A stretch of DNA of 64,000 bases from Eledone cirrhosa. Lineage: Eukaryota. The position numbers and the translations under genes were made by a program. Numbering within the stretch: position 1 is the first letter of the stretch; every line of letters begins with the position of its first letter. Below are positions 1 to 12,448 of the stretch, piece after piece. Below the pieces are notes generated by a model. It was not told the origin of the DNA, did no database searches, and saw nothing but the letters and a program-made list of their open reading frames with translations. The DNA is taken from NCBI GenBank assembly GCA_964016885.1, contig OZ024744.1, positions 108,190,001 to 108,254,000 on the forward strand, read 5' to 3'.

Positions 1-47
<47 letters not shown>

Positions 48-48
<1 letters not shown>

Positions 49-139
49 CGAAGGAAATGTGGTAAGGAACCAGGTGGATCATCGGGGTGGACCGTCGGGG
101 TGGACCGTCGGGGTGGACCGTCGGGGTCTTACTGGTTCC

Positions 140-142
<3 letters not shown>
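48..142. repeat. (TA)n-bounded mini-element with 13-bp internal tandem repeat (GTCGGGGTGGACC, about 4 copies)
   Basis: Both ends match the 23448-23642 cassette (aaggaaatgtggtaaggaaccaggtgga ... ccgtcggggtc.tact.gttcct); (TA)n on both sides. Confidence 0.75.
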
Positions 143-180
<38 letters not shown>

Positions 181-656
181 GTATAAAATATTATACTCCT
201 GAATGGCCAGATATGAAAATTTCAGATATTTAGGTATGACTTTATTTATTATTTATATGAAACATTGATTGCTTTTTCCTGTATCTCCTGTCCCATGTCT
301 GATATTTTTGCCTGAGAAAATACCTATATGTTTGTATAGATGGTTCGTACATATATTTATTATTATTTTTTTAATATCTCTATGTGTGTATTGATAGTAC
401 ATACATATATTTATTTTTTTAATATCCAGTTGAGTTCATAGTAACACATGGTTAAAATACCTAACAGGCTTCTATAACCAGCGTGTATATTGTTTTATAT
501 TTTACGATGACCTCGCCTTTCCCTTTTGGGGAGAGTGTGAATTTTATTTTTGAAGGACTACTGGCTTTTCAAATTTAGCTGTCCTTCTAACACTGACGGA
601 GACCATCACTGATTATTAATATCGATGTTGTTTTTTATATCGATATTGAATGGGCA

Positions 657-780
657 TCCACTGATGAGTTATAAGGGCCCAGCTTGTGTGTATATCTATG
701 GATTATATAGAAGTTTCTACATAACTTGGACATTATTTATCCCAAATTGCAGAAATCTTATAACGAAACGATCGTATGGA
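657..780 (+). ncRNA. Type I hammerhead ribozyme with long insertion in loop II
   Basis: tcca-CTGATGA-gttataag-[81 nt]-cttataac-GAAA-cgatcg-TA-tgga: stem I, core, 8-bp stem II, palindromic stem III, GUA site. Confidence 0.75.
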
Positions 781-989
781 AGGAAAGAGAGATTTATTTA
801 ATTATGTGTCATATAAAATAATACAACCAGCTATCCACGGAAAACTGTATAGTTAGCACCCCAAACACTAAATTGGGATTATACTTTAGTATATCCTAAT
901 GTTTGTTGAGTGAGATGGAGTTGGTCAGAGTATCGCTTAAAGCTCTCTCTGTTAATGTATTATATATATATATATATTACAATGAGGAA

Positions 990-1422
990 CGATCGACTTT
1001 CGTCAAATCGGACCGAGGGAACAATGTTTCCGTTGGTCATTCCAATTGCTAATACTATCTATCGGTCGCAACTCCAGGTAGAAGGAGCAACGTGAAATAA
1101 AGTGTCTTGCTCAAGGACATAACGCATCGCCTGGTCCAGGAATCGAACTCACAACCATACGATTGCGAATCCAATTCTCTAACCAGTCAGCCACACGCCT
1201 TCACAAAGTGAAGGCGTGTGGCCGAGTGGTTAGAGAATTGGATTCCTAATCGTGAGGTTGTAAGTTCGATTCCCGGACCAGGCGATGCGTTATGTCCTTG
1301 AGCAAGACACTTTATTTCACGTTGCTCCTTCTACCTGGAGTTGCGACCGATAGAGAGTACTAGCAATTGGAAAAACCAACGGAAACATTGTTCCCTCGGT
1401 CCGATTTGACGAAAGTCGATCG
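990..1422. mobile_element. Head-to-head palindromic dimer of a tRNA-derived (CORE-like) SINE
   Basis: 990-1204 is the reverse complement of 1208-1422 with a few mismatches and a 3-nt spacer; A box tggccgagtgg, B box gttcgattcc, CORE-like gtccttgagcaagacactt; flanked by direct repeat atattacaatg (974-984, 1430-1440). Confidence 0.85.
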
Positions 1423-2113
1423 ACTGTCGATATTACAATGTGTTGTTTGAGTGTAATTGATGAGCTGGGAATATACTACTCTAGCGTGTGTCGAAGAAAG
1501 CTCAATTGGTAGCAATTGGTCCAATTAGGTTAAGATCGATCTTGCACCTAATTGTATTTGTATCCATACAGAGGCTTCCGTTACAGTTTAGGGATTGAGA
1601 GTGGGAGCCTAACTATATATTCTTTACATCTGTACAAGAAAGAAACCAAAAACACGATCATAAAAAAGTATTTAGAGTCAATAGAAAAATCAGTGTTGTC
1701 AAAACCAAAGCGCAAGTATATTGAAATTATTTGAGGGGCTTAAGTTCCAAAAGCCCCTTAGCACCGGAAGGCTTACCATATTTACCTTTATTCTGCTTCA
1801 CACTGTGTTAGAAATTCAGAAATCCACGTGTACAGCGTTCTTACACTTATATTGGAGTAACTGTGACATGATCACAGAGAGACTTGTGTGTATTTATTAT
1901 ACAGAAACATAATGTGTATGGGTTCATATATACATTTCTATCTAAATAAAGGTATATTAGTGGTGCCCGAGCATACCTGCCTACCTACCTACCTATCTAC
2001 CTACCTACCTACCTACCTACTTACCTAGCTACATTCATACATACATGCATACATACATATATACAGCGAGACATGCATACATATATGCATCCATGCATCC
2101 ATGCATACATACA

Positions 2114-2635
2114 TGATGGCTGCCCCCTCGTTATCGAGTATGGCCATTGCACGATATACCATTATTAATAATTATTAATTAATGCTATCGTGCAATGCCT
2201 GCGCGTAAAGATATTTTTTAAAGTGAGGAAAGACTGTGCACTGAGCCAATCCCACTCCCTGAGCGACAGTAGCTATAACCCGAAAAGAAGAAAAGATCAA
2301 CATCATCGGTAACTACTGAGCCGCAGGTTTTATATCGGAGTTATACCAGTTTCCTGAGTTGCCTTCTCCTAGAAGAATGCCCTGACAAAGGCTAGGGGTC
2401 CTTCACTCCCAGTGGTTTAACCGCGCGGTACATGTGTATACACATATTTACACATTTTTGGATGGCCGTTGACTCTTATGAGTTCTTCCGCCCTTTGTCA
2501 GGTTTTGCCCTGAAGGGTGTCCAAAATCACCCTCCTCACCAAGTAAACTTGGTGGGGTTGCCAGTTTAGTCGCCGACGACCCAACCGTGCGATAGGTTGT
2601 ACTGGGTTACATGTTACCAGTAGCACTCAAGAGTG
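2114..2635 (-). mobile_element. Diverged bipartite non-autonomous RTE-derived element
   Basis: Shares ggcgactaaactggcaacc and ctaggagaagg.aactc 5' motifs and the tactcga..acgag..ggcagccatcat 3' end with neighbouring copies; embedded in (TACA)n. Confidence 0.65.
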
Positions 2636-2713
2636 ATCCGACATAACATATATACATACAAACATACATACATACACACGCATATACCTATACATGCATA
2701 CATACATACATAT

Positions 2714-3320
2714 ATGGTGGCTGCCAACACGTTTTCGAGTACGGCCACTACTTTATATCCATGTAGGAGAACCCCTACCGATGCGCTGAACGAGTGTGAC
2801 TTTATAGTCCAGCCAACGACTTGAACACTCTGGTACAAACACTACACTTGCGACAATTATTGACACATAGTGCTGGGCCCATGGTACCATGTGACGACAA
2901 GTGCAGAGAGATCTCCAGATATAAAGCAATGCCTGTGCCGTGAAGCTTTTATAGTGAGCAAAGGCACTGCACAAAGCCAGTCCCACTCTCTTAACCAAGA
3001 TGATATTTACCAAAAAGAAGAACAAGTCAACATCATTGGATATCATCAGGGTTGCAGGTGTTATATCAGAGTTTTCCTTCTCCTAGAATTCTGCCTTGAC
3101 AAAGGCTAAGGGGTCATCTCTCCCCGTGATTTTGGATGGCCATTGACTCTTAAGAGCTCCTTTGCCCTTTGACAGGTTTTGTTTTTAGTCCTGCAGGATG
3201 TCCAAAGTCACTCTCCTCACCAAGAAACCTTGGTGGGGTTGCCAGTTTAGTCGCCAACGACCCGACCATGAGACAGGTTGTACTGGGATACATGTTACCA
3301 GTAGCACCAACTTGTGACCT
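2714..3320 (-). mobile_element. Bipartite non-autonomous RTE-derived element (about 600 bp)
   Basis: Reverse complement of 3552-4157; RTE-like 5'UTR motif ctaggagaaggaaaactctgatataa joined to an RTE-like C-terminal C2H2 coding remnant; (TGTA)n tail. Confidence 0.75.
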
Positions 3321-3551
3321 GACATACATATATACATACATATATACATACATACACACACACGTACATACATACGTACGTATATATGCATGTATGTACA
3401 TATATATACATGTATGTACGTATATATGCATGTATGTATATATTATGTATGTACGTACGTACGTACGTATGTATGTATGTATGTATGTATGTATGTATGT
3501 ATGTATGTATGTATGTATGTATGTATATATGTATGTATGTATGTATGTATG

Positions 3552-4157
3552 TCAGGTACCAGTTGGTGCTACTGGTAACATGTATCCCAGTACAACCTGT
3601 CCCATGGTCGGGTCGTTGGCGACTAAACTGGCAACCCTACTAAGGTTTCTTGGTGAGGAGGGTGACTTTGGACATCCTGCAGGACTAAAAACAAAACCTG
3701 TCAAAGGGCAAAGGAACTCTTAAGAGTCAATTGCCATCCAAAATCACCGGGAGAGATGACCCTTAGCCTTTGTCAAGGCAGAATTCTAGGAGAAGTAAAA
3801 CTCTGATATAACACCTGCAACGCTGATGGTATCCAATGATGTTGACTTGTTCTTCTTTTTGGTAAATATCATCTTGGTTAAGAGAGTGGGATTGGCTTTG
3901 TGCAGTGCTTTTGCTCACTATAAAAGCTTCACGGCACAGGCATTGCTTTATATCTGGAGATCTCTCTGCATTTGTCGTAATATGGTACCATGGGCTCAGC
4001 ACTATGTGTCAATAATTGTCACAAGTGTAGTGTTTGTACCAAAGTTTTCAAGTCGCTGGCTGGACTAAAAAGTCACACTTGTTCAGCGCATCGGTCGGGG
4101 TTCTCCTACATGGATATAAAGTAGTGGCCGTACTCGAAAACGAGTTGGCAGCCATCA
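3552..4157 (+). mobile_element. Bipartite non-autonomous RTE-derived element (about 600 bp)
   Basis: 5'UTR-like half plus 3' remnant translating to CHKCSVCTKVFKSLAGLKSH..AH, then a perfect (TGTA)n tail. Confidence 0.75.
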
Positions 4158-4266
4158 TGTATGTATGTATGTATGTATGTATGTATGTATGTATGTATGT
4201 ATGTATGTATGTATGTATGTATGTATGATGCATGCATGTATGTATGCATCATGCATACATACATAC

Positions 4267-4448
4267 ATGGTGGCTGCCAACTCGTTTTCGAGTACGGCCA
4301 CTACTTTATATCCATGTAGGAGAACCCCCACCGATGCGCTGAACGAGTGTGACTTTTTAGTCCAGCCAGCGACTTGAAAACTCTGGTACAAACACTACAC
4401 TTGTGACAATTATTAACACATAGTGCTGGGCCCATGGTACCATGTGAC
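4267..4448 (-). mobile_element. 5'-truncated copy of the RTE-derived element
   Basis: Encodes CHKCSVCTRVFKSLAGLKSHTRSAH; tail-to-tail with 3552-4157. Confidence 0.75.
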
Positions 4449-4497
4449 ATACATACATACATACATACATACATACATACATACATACATACATACA

Positions 4498-4748
4498 TAC
4501 CCATCATTATTGTTGCTACGGGTTATATACCAACCCGCTTGGACCAAAGTATGACCGAACTTGGATTTGCGGACAAAAAGCGCAGCTCCCTAATTCATAG
4601 TCTACAAATGGCTGCGATAGCTGGCACCTTCAAAATATGCAAAACATTCTTGCGATTCAAGGGATGACAATTTCTTTTCTTTTACAACCTTGCCACCAGG
4701 AAGGTGGCCGGTCAAAAAAATATACTCGAAATTAAGAGAAAGAGAAAA
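4498..4748 (+). mobile_element. 3' fragment of an R4/Dong-like RLE LINE in (TACA)n
   Basis: IPIIIVATGYIP...LGF...LQMAAIAGTFKICKTFL resembles the C-terminus of the 5024-9085 element; (TACA)n on both sides. Confidence 0.65.
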
Positions 4749-4780
4749 CATACATACATACATACATACATACATACATC

Positions 4781-4955
4781 ATATGAGACCCGGATAGTAA
4801 CACTGAAGCAACATCTTCAACAGAGGAAAAAGGTTGGCAACCATCTTGCCCAGGTTGATGAGCATGAAGAAAAAATATCATTAGGATAGCCACTGATCTG
4901 CAGGAAAGATACGGAATAAAGCTTGATATAAATCTCTCTCACCCAGAGAAATGGG
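4781..4955 (+). pseudogene. Internal fragment of an R4/Dong-like LINE ORF
   Basis: YETRIVTLKQHL...HLAQVDEHE aligns by eye with FECRIISLRQHL...FLEQVYLHE of ORF 5351-6310. Confidence 0.55.
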
Positions 4956-5023
4956 TGTATATATGTATGCATGTATGCATGTATGTATGTATGCATGTAT
5001 GTGTGTATATATGTATGTATGTA

Positions 5024-8000
5024 TCTTCTGGTTTTATAATTTCACAAATTTTTTCCCAATAAAGATAGAGTCGGTTTCTAACATAGACACAAGACTCTCT
5101 CATTGGAATTTACACAACATCAACTAGGTAGAATATGTATGCATGTGTAGATATGGATGTTATTGTATGTGTGGATGTGGATCTTTTGAGTTGTATGTGT
5201 GCATGTGTATATGCATCTGTACATGTGTATATGCAGTTATTAGATGCAAAATGTTTGGAATGTTTTACATATTTTTACTGTTCCATTAATGGATTGTACT
5301 TGTAATTTCCTAACCAGTTATGTTCTTTCTGTTCCTGTGAAGCCTAGCTTCTAAAGATTTGTATTGAGGCAGTTACTAACATACTCCAGTGCCCCAATAA
5401 TCACAGGCATAAATCTGAAGGTGTAATCAGGGTGGAGTATCTGCAGATTTCTCATCAGTTCTGCATAAATATTCTCCTTTTCGCTAATCTTTGATATTAT
5501 TTTGGCATCTGCTGGGCAGCTAATTTCCACTACTGTGCATGCTTTCTTCTCCCTGTCCCATATCATATCTGGTCTGTTATGCCTGCATTTTATTGGGGGT
5601 TTTACTGGAACATTCCACCAGTACTCTTTCATATTATGTACATGGATGTCTTCCACATTGCAGTAGCTTTTAATGTGTTTATTATCGGGGCTATCTTTTT
5701 TACGAACTGCATTGTACAGTGTTTTGGCCACTACATCATGCCTCATAGGTAGATAGTACCGCGATGACATCTTTGGACAGCTGCTGATGACATGGGTGAT
5801 ATCCTCGATTTTAGTTCTGCAGAGTCTGCACGTGTTATCACATCTAGGTGTTTTGCCTGCATCCCTATCTCTTTTGTGAATCAGGTATTTCGTGCTAATC
5901 TCCTGTTCTTGGATTGCAAAAGCGTATCCTTCAAAGTGGGAGCCAATATAGCGGTTGTTGGTCCAAGATAGACTACTTTCTTTATCTATATTACTCTCAC
6001 TCTGCAGCTTCCTGTCAACATATCCATGCATGATTTTTTGCTGATAAGCATGCAGCTTTTCATCCATGGATTCACTACGATAATGCTGAGCGACTTCCCT
6101 GGGTGTGAGTTTTTGATTATCACACAGGGAATCTCTCTCGAGGAGTTCCTTCCCAACTCTCATGATCTTATCTGTTTCATGCAGATATACTTGCTCGAGA
6201 AACGGGCTCCTACGCTTCGAGGTTCGTAGATGTTGTCGGAGAGATATGATACGACATTCAAATGCTGTCTGGACTGATGTTAGGCCTCTGCCTCCCTGCT
6301 TACGTTTCAAGTAAAGGCGGTCTATGTCACTGTTGATGTGGAAGTTTCCGGTGTTGTTCAGTATTTTTCGAGTTCCAACATCAACTGCTCGGATTTCGTC
6401 TATCGTTCAATTGAGTATTCCAAACGTTGGTGTTAGGACAGGCACAGCAAACACATTGTGAGCCACTGTTTTGTTTTGCGCAGGGAGTTCCGATGACCAG
6501 ATCTTTCTTAATCGGGTGTAGTATTCCCTGGTTACGCGTTCTTTATTACAGATACCATTATAGGATATGTTCTCATCTATCCCCAGGTATCTGTAGCAGT
6601 CCTCATCAGATATCGGTGAAACAGTTAGGCCATTGATGACAATGTTGCTAGATTGGGTTGTTGTTTTTCCCCGCTTTACAGTCACGTATGAGCATTTATT
6701 TTGGCCAAACTCCATTCCTATATCCTTTGAGAACGTTGTAACCAGGTCAAGATTTTTCTTCATCCCATCCATGTTCTTGGCATAGAGTTTCAGATCATCC
6801 ACAAAGAAATTATGGGTTAGGTTCGTATTTCTGTCCTCCTGTGAGCCAATGTATCCTTCACATTTCTTGAGCAGAAAGGACAAGGGGTTTAATGACAAGA
6901 TGAATAATATCACAGAGAGAGACTGTCCCCCTGAAATATACCCCTGCAATATTTTATTTTATCAGTGAATATAGAGTCCTCCCTCTCTGTCTTTAACCTT
7001 AGGATAGTAGCCCAAGAAGAAGACAACCTCTCTATGGCTCTGACAATAATGTCTGGGACTTTAGCAAGTTGGAGGGCCTCTATCATCCAAGAGTGGGGAA
7101 CAGAATCGAAAGCTTTCCTGTAGTCCAGCCAGACTGTAGCCATATTCCTCCTAAGTTGTCGCACCTCCGACATCGCAGTTTTGTTGATTAGGAGTTGTTC
7201 AGCACATCCCCAAACCCCTTTCTTTCCAGCTGCTTGTTCATCTGTGATGATGTTATTATTTTCACAGTGATATTGGAGGAATAGGTTCAGGCAGGCTGTA
7301 TACATCTTATACATCAGGTTCTGGCATGCAATGGGTCGGTAGTTTTTTGCCAAGTGGGCGTATTTGTTCTTGGGGACCAGTATTGTTTGTGCTAATGTCA
7401 ACCATTCTGGTATAAGTGTATCTCCCTTAAGAACTTGTTGGTAGAGGTCAGTAAAATACCTCCGATATAATATCAGTTTTTTGTACCAGTAGCCGACAAT
7501 CATGTCTCTTCCTGGTGTTTTCATATCTTGGAGATTTCCTATCACAGTCTCATGGGTACCCTCACTTATTTCGCATGTTTTTGTTGTAGTGTAGTCTCTT
7601 AGCCACACTGCATCTTGGTTGAAATTCTTCTTTTCACCCCATATTTTGCTCCAAAAGGAATCTATGTCTTTCTGGGATGTCTTTCAGTGACACTTATTAT
7701 TTTGTTCTTCATATCTCTATAGACTGATGTTTGGTTTCGTCTGAAGCACTTTTCTTTCATCTACCTTCTTCGGGTATCGGCGTTTTCGCTAACAGCTCTC
7801 AATTCTTGTTTGAGGGTGATCAGCTTATATTGAAGGCTTCTGGTTCTACTGTTACCAAACATCGTCTCTATTTTATTTTTCATTCTTTGTTGGCGAGGAG
7901 TGAGGTTTTTTTGTGTTTGTTTGCATGTAAGGAGCATTGTCACATATCCTATGGTTTTTCGTAGGTCAGCAATCTTTTTTCCTATTTTAGTTATATATGA

Positions 8001-9085
8001 TGGTATTTTTGGTGGTGTTTTGTTCTTGTTAATATCTCTGCTATCACCAAGATAATGCTTCACTGTCGTTGCTAAGGCATATAAACAGGCGTTGATTTGC
8101 CAAAATGTTGGGGGTTTTTATCCGTCGTAAATATTCATCCCCTATTTCGTCAATAACACGTAATATTTCATTATTTGGTTTTTTATTAAATATTGTCGTT
8201 TTAATACGTTCAGCTAGAGAAATATTTATACATGAGTTAATTTTTCTCTGGAAGATTTCGTTGAGGGAAATTTTCAATTGTTTATACTTTTGATTATTAT
8301 CATTATCGATAGTATTTTGCACAACAGTCGAGGTAGACTCGGATGGTACACGTGGTGTCAAATTTCTTCGATTATTATTATTATCGATAGTGTTTTCCCC
8401 AGCATTCGAGGTAGTCTTAGATGGTACAGGTGGTGTCAAGTTTCTTACAGGCATAGTTGTTTCAAGGCCCTGTTCGATCTGGCTGCTAGGAAGTCTAGTA
8501 GCATGGCGACCTGTAGCACGTGTTGTTGGTAACATGTTTGTTGTGGGGGGACTTACAATGACTACTATTTATCTTATTTTTACGTTCAACAAACGTCACT
8601 TGTTGGCGTAATTGATTCGCTTTGAAGTGATTTAGTTCTGGGTGTATTTCGTCCCAGTGTAGCTTCATTCTGTTCATATAGCCAATGGAGAAATTGTTTT
8701 TTGCCATTTTATAACAATTAAATAAATCATTATTAATTTCGCAGCTCCAAGAGAAATGCGATTTATAATTTCGGTCTCTTCTGTAGCTACAACTGAATAA
8801 AATTTGTTTACCTTTCTTGTTGGTTGTCTTCGATACTTCCTTAATTTTGTTGTTGATGTTGTGTTCAGATGCTGTTTGTAGCAAATCCATGTAAAAGGAA
8901 TTTTGTATTTAGTCGGATATCTCTACGACTTCGAATAAAAGATGTCTTCAGAAGATATAGTTAGAAGAATAACCAGTTATTCAACATGACTGTAGTTGTG
9001 GCATTACTGTCGGAGATAGTATTCATCTTAAATTTAATACATAGTCTCCCACACCAAAATATGCGACTGATCGCGTTGACTGTCT
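5024..9085 (-). mobile_element. Near full-length, frameshifted R4/Dong-clade non-LTR retrotransposon (RT plus restriction-like endonuclease)
   Basis: ORF pieces 8890-5351: NYRPIAC, WLDYRKAFDSVPH, GIFQGDSLS, FVDDLK, CCHC knuckle CRLC..DITHVISSC, RHD, PD..VVEISCP..K RLE; (TACA)n at both ends in element sense. Confidence 0.9.
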
Positions 9086-9220
9086 GTCTATGTATGTATG
9101 TATGTATGTATGTATGTATATATGCATGTATGTCTATGTATGTATGTATGTATGTATGTATGTATGTATGTATGTATGTATGTATGTATGTATGTATGTA
9201 TGTATGTATGTATGTATGCA

Positions 9221-9526
9221 TGTTGACTTGTTCTTCTTTTTGGTAAATATCATCTTGGTTAAGAGAGTGGGACTGCCTTTGCTCACTATAAAAGCTTCAC
9301 GACACAGGCATTGCTTTATATCTGGAGATATCTCTGCACTTGTCGTCACATGGTACCATGGGCCCAGCACTATGTGTCAATAATTGTCACAAGTGTAGTG
9401 TTTGTACCAGAGTTTTCAAGTCGCTGGCTGGACTAAAAAGTCACACTCGTTCAGCACATCGGTAGGGGTTCTCCTACATGGATATAAAGTAGTGGCCGTA
9501 CTCGAAAACGAGTTGGCAGTCACCAT
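9221..9526 (+). mobile_element. 5'-truncated copy of the RTE-derived element
   Basis: Matches about 3839-4157 with an internal deletion; follows (TGTA)n. Confidence 0.75.
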
Positions 9527-10204
9527 CTATGCATGTATGTATGTAAACTGTTTTTTTGTGATAAAAGTTGTGTTTTGTGACAGTAATTTTATTGGTGTGG
9601 TGAGTCATGGTTGGTTTAGGTTTGTGACATTCGTTTACTGCTATTTTGTTATTGAGTAAGGTTATGAGACAAAATATATATCATGGCTCTCATACTCTGT
9701 GGACTATGATCCCAAATGAAAGGTCTCTGGTACGAAGGGTTTCGCTCTTGATATGATTAATTGGTGTAAAATAAGGTTTTATTTGAGGGAGGGGTAGAAT
9801 ACTTTCCCCTTCTAAATTATGTTTGATATAATTATATTGTTTTGCTTAAGTATAACATATTGTTTATATAATGTTTATATTTGTCTACAGTGCTTTGTGA
9901 GATATGGTATAATAAATTGTTTAAATGTTTTGGATAAGCTACAGGGGACACCTACAGTTCATTCTTTATTCATTTATTGGCAGCTTAATGTATGTTCTAG
10001 TTTGTGAAAGATGTAATGAAAATAGATTTTCAGAGCAAGAGAAGTAACGGAATATGAGAGTTCTCTGCCCCTGTTTTGACTACTGTTGTTGGGCGATGTA
10101 GTCATGTCATTTATTGGTTGGTTGTTTCACTGATACAGATATAATATTTAATTATCAATTAAATCTTTTTGTAAAATTTAGTTTTCAATTATTATTTACT
10201 TAGT

Positions 10205-10416
10205 CGGTGGATTGGCAGTATCAGTAGAGGGTCGGACGCCATGCTTTGCAGCATAGAGTTACAGCCCTTTATGGTTCAAATCTCGCCGAGGCTAACTTTG
10301 CCTTTCATTCTTACGGGGTCGATAAAATAAAGTACCAGTAACACACTGGGGTCGATTTAATCGACTTTCCCCTCCCCCAATATGCTGGCCTTGAGCCTAT
10401 ATGAGAAATCATTATT
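10205..10416 (+). mobile_element. tRNA-derived SINE (octopus-type; Meta/Sauria-like central domain, tentative)
   Basis: ggattggcagtatc head, ggttcaaatc B box, gcctttcat.cttacggggtcgataaaataaagtaccagt body; at least 6 copies in window. Confidence 0.85.
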
Positions 10417-11098
10417 TAGTCTATTTTACGATGTTAGGTTGAATGATGAATTTTAAGGACAGAGTATTCAGGATTCTAGCGTTGGTTTAAGGAAATTCAT
10501 TTTATTGCTGCTTTTGAATTTAATGATTTATTCTGGATTATTTTCTTTATTAGGTTTATGCAGTGATTATGTTCAGGTCATGGTTAACTTCTAGTTTAAT
10601 TTTTATTTTCACACACATATATGTATAATACATATATACATATATATATATATTTGTATGCATAAATACGCACACAAGCATGTATGCATGTACCCCAGCA
10701 TGCTAATGTGATTGCATCTGTTCATGTGCGGAGTTACAAGATTTTATCTTAAGTACAACAACAACAACAACAATAACATCACCACTACGCACAATAGTTG
10801 TAAATTCTTACAATTTCACACGTCACGTTTTGAAGGGAAAAGTTCCGTTTTTTTCTTTGATTTTGGTCTGTTTTGAAGGAATCTGGCTTTCAAAAATGTC
10901 AAAATTACTTTTTATTTATAGTTAACTGGGGGAGAGAGTGTAATTGCAAATATTTCCCCCAACATTAACAACCCCACACCACTAATAACAAAAATAACTT
11001 CAAGAAAAGTAAGTTTATGGAACTGTTCGATAGATCCTCTTTGTATACATGTTGTGTCAGTGAATATGACAGATGTTTAAACTTACTGATTCGCTTAG

Positions 11099-11212
<114 letters not shown>

Positions 11213-11332
11213 TATAAATTCATATATATAGACACACGTGTATAATACATAAATAAGCACACATGCAAATATAACCATGCACACACATACATGCACACAT
11301 ACACACGCATAAGCATTAACAGACACACGGAG

Positions 11333-11373
<41 letters not shown>

Positions 11374-11845
11374 CTAGCTGGCCTGTCCGGCTGGCGCTCG
11401 GCTAGATATACCTGCCCCCACCACTCCACTGCAACGATACCACACACCCTCCCGTGTCCCATTGTCCTTCCGACTCTCTCTCTCTCTCTCACTGAATAAC
11501 TAACACTTTAATTGTATCTCTCTCTGTCTAACGGCCTATTCTCTCTTTTCCCCTCCCTCTGTTTTTGTGTCTCTCTCTGTAGATGTGAGTGTGTAGTTTT
11601 CCTAATCTTTCTCTCTCTCTATCTCTCTCTCTATGTGTATATATTGAAGGGAGATACGGAAACCAAAACAGTGTTGTCATATAGAGAGTGAAGAGCGACA
11701 GAGAGAGAGAGAGAGAGACGACGCTCAACTTTATAATATTTGAGAGGGAAGAGCGACGGAGAGAGTAAAGCTAACAAACTATAGGGAGGTGTGTAGGATG
11801 CATACATACATAATACACACGACACTCAGCTTTATAATATTATCT
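11374..11845 (-). mobile_element. Non-autonomous Helitron
   Basis: Minus-strand 3' end cccgagcgccagccggacaggccagCTAG-t (GC hairpin plus CTAG) abutting (TA)n. Confidence 0.55.
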
Positions 11846-12212
11846 CTCTATATATAAAACGAAAGATGACTGTGTATGTATGATTTTTATGCATTTCACA
11901 TTTCTCTACCGATTTTGATGATTTTTTTCCCAATGTGCTCCAAATTTACAAAGGATGGTCAACGTGTAATAAACTTAACCCAAAATTTCCTGCTTCTATG
12001 AAAAAAAATCGATAAAACTAAATGCATGCTGTAACCCTCTCTCTTACACGCTTAATTCCTCTCACTACTACCCTAAAAAATCTCTGAAACTACATACATG
12101 TTGCAACTCTCTCTCTATATATATATCACACACATACATATACATCTAAAGAGAGAAAGGGAGATGTAGAGAGATAGAGTGAGATAGGTCGTTATACAGA
12201 GAGAGGTAGAAG
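11844..12212 (+). mobile_element. 5' part of a non-autonomous Helitron, interrupted by the Tx1-like LINE
   Basis: TC start; similar to 52900-53200 (ggtcaacg, aatcgata.aactaaat.catg). Confidence 0.5.
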
Positions 12213-12448
12213 ATAATCAGATAGATAGATATATTTCTTTATTTACCATAAAGGCACAAAAAGAAGGGACACATACAAGGGGGGAGTTTACATAAAATCG
12301 AGTAAAAAGGGTATAAAATGAAAATAATCGAAAACAACCTCAAAAGGGAGGGGACGTGATGGGGGTTGCACATACCCCCGAAAAAGTGTGCAATCCTTTG
12401 CCCGGGGAGCACATGGAGGAGGTGCTCCCCTCTCCTTCACTTCTTTAC

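Noticed and set aside
1208-1285. tRNA gene
   Set aside because: A and B boxes run into a SINE body; no convincing acceptor stem
3552-3640. HDV-like ribozyme in the RTE-type 5' end (ggcgactaa motif)
   Set aside because: I could assign only simple hairpins, not a consistent P1/P1.1/P2/P3/P4 double pseudoknot; needs a descriptor search
9560-10200. Possible decayed PLE N-terminal region on the minus strand
   Set aside because: Only scattered short peptide resemblances to 38300-38790; not supportable by eye
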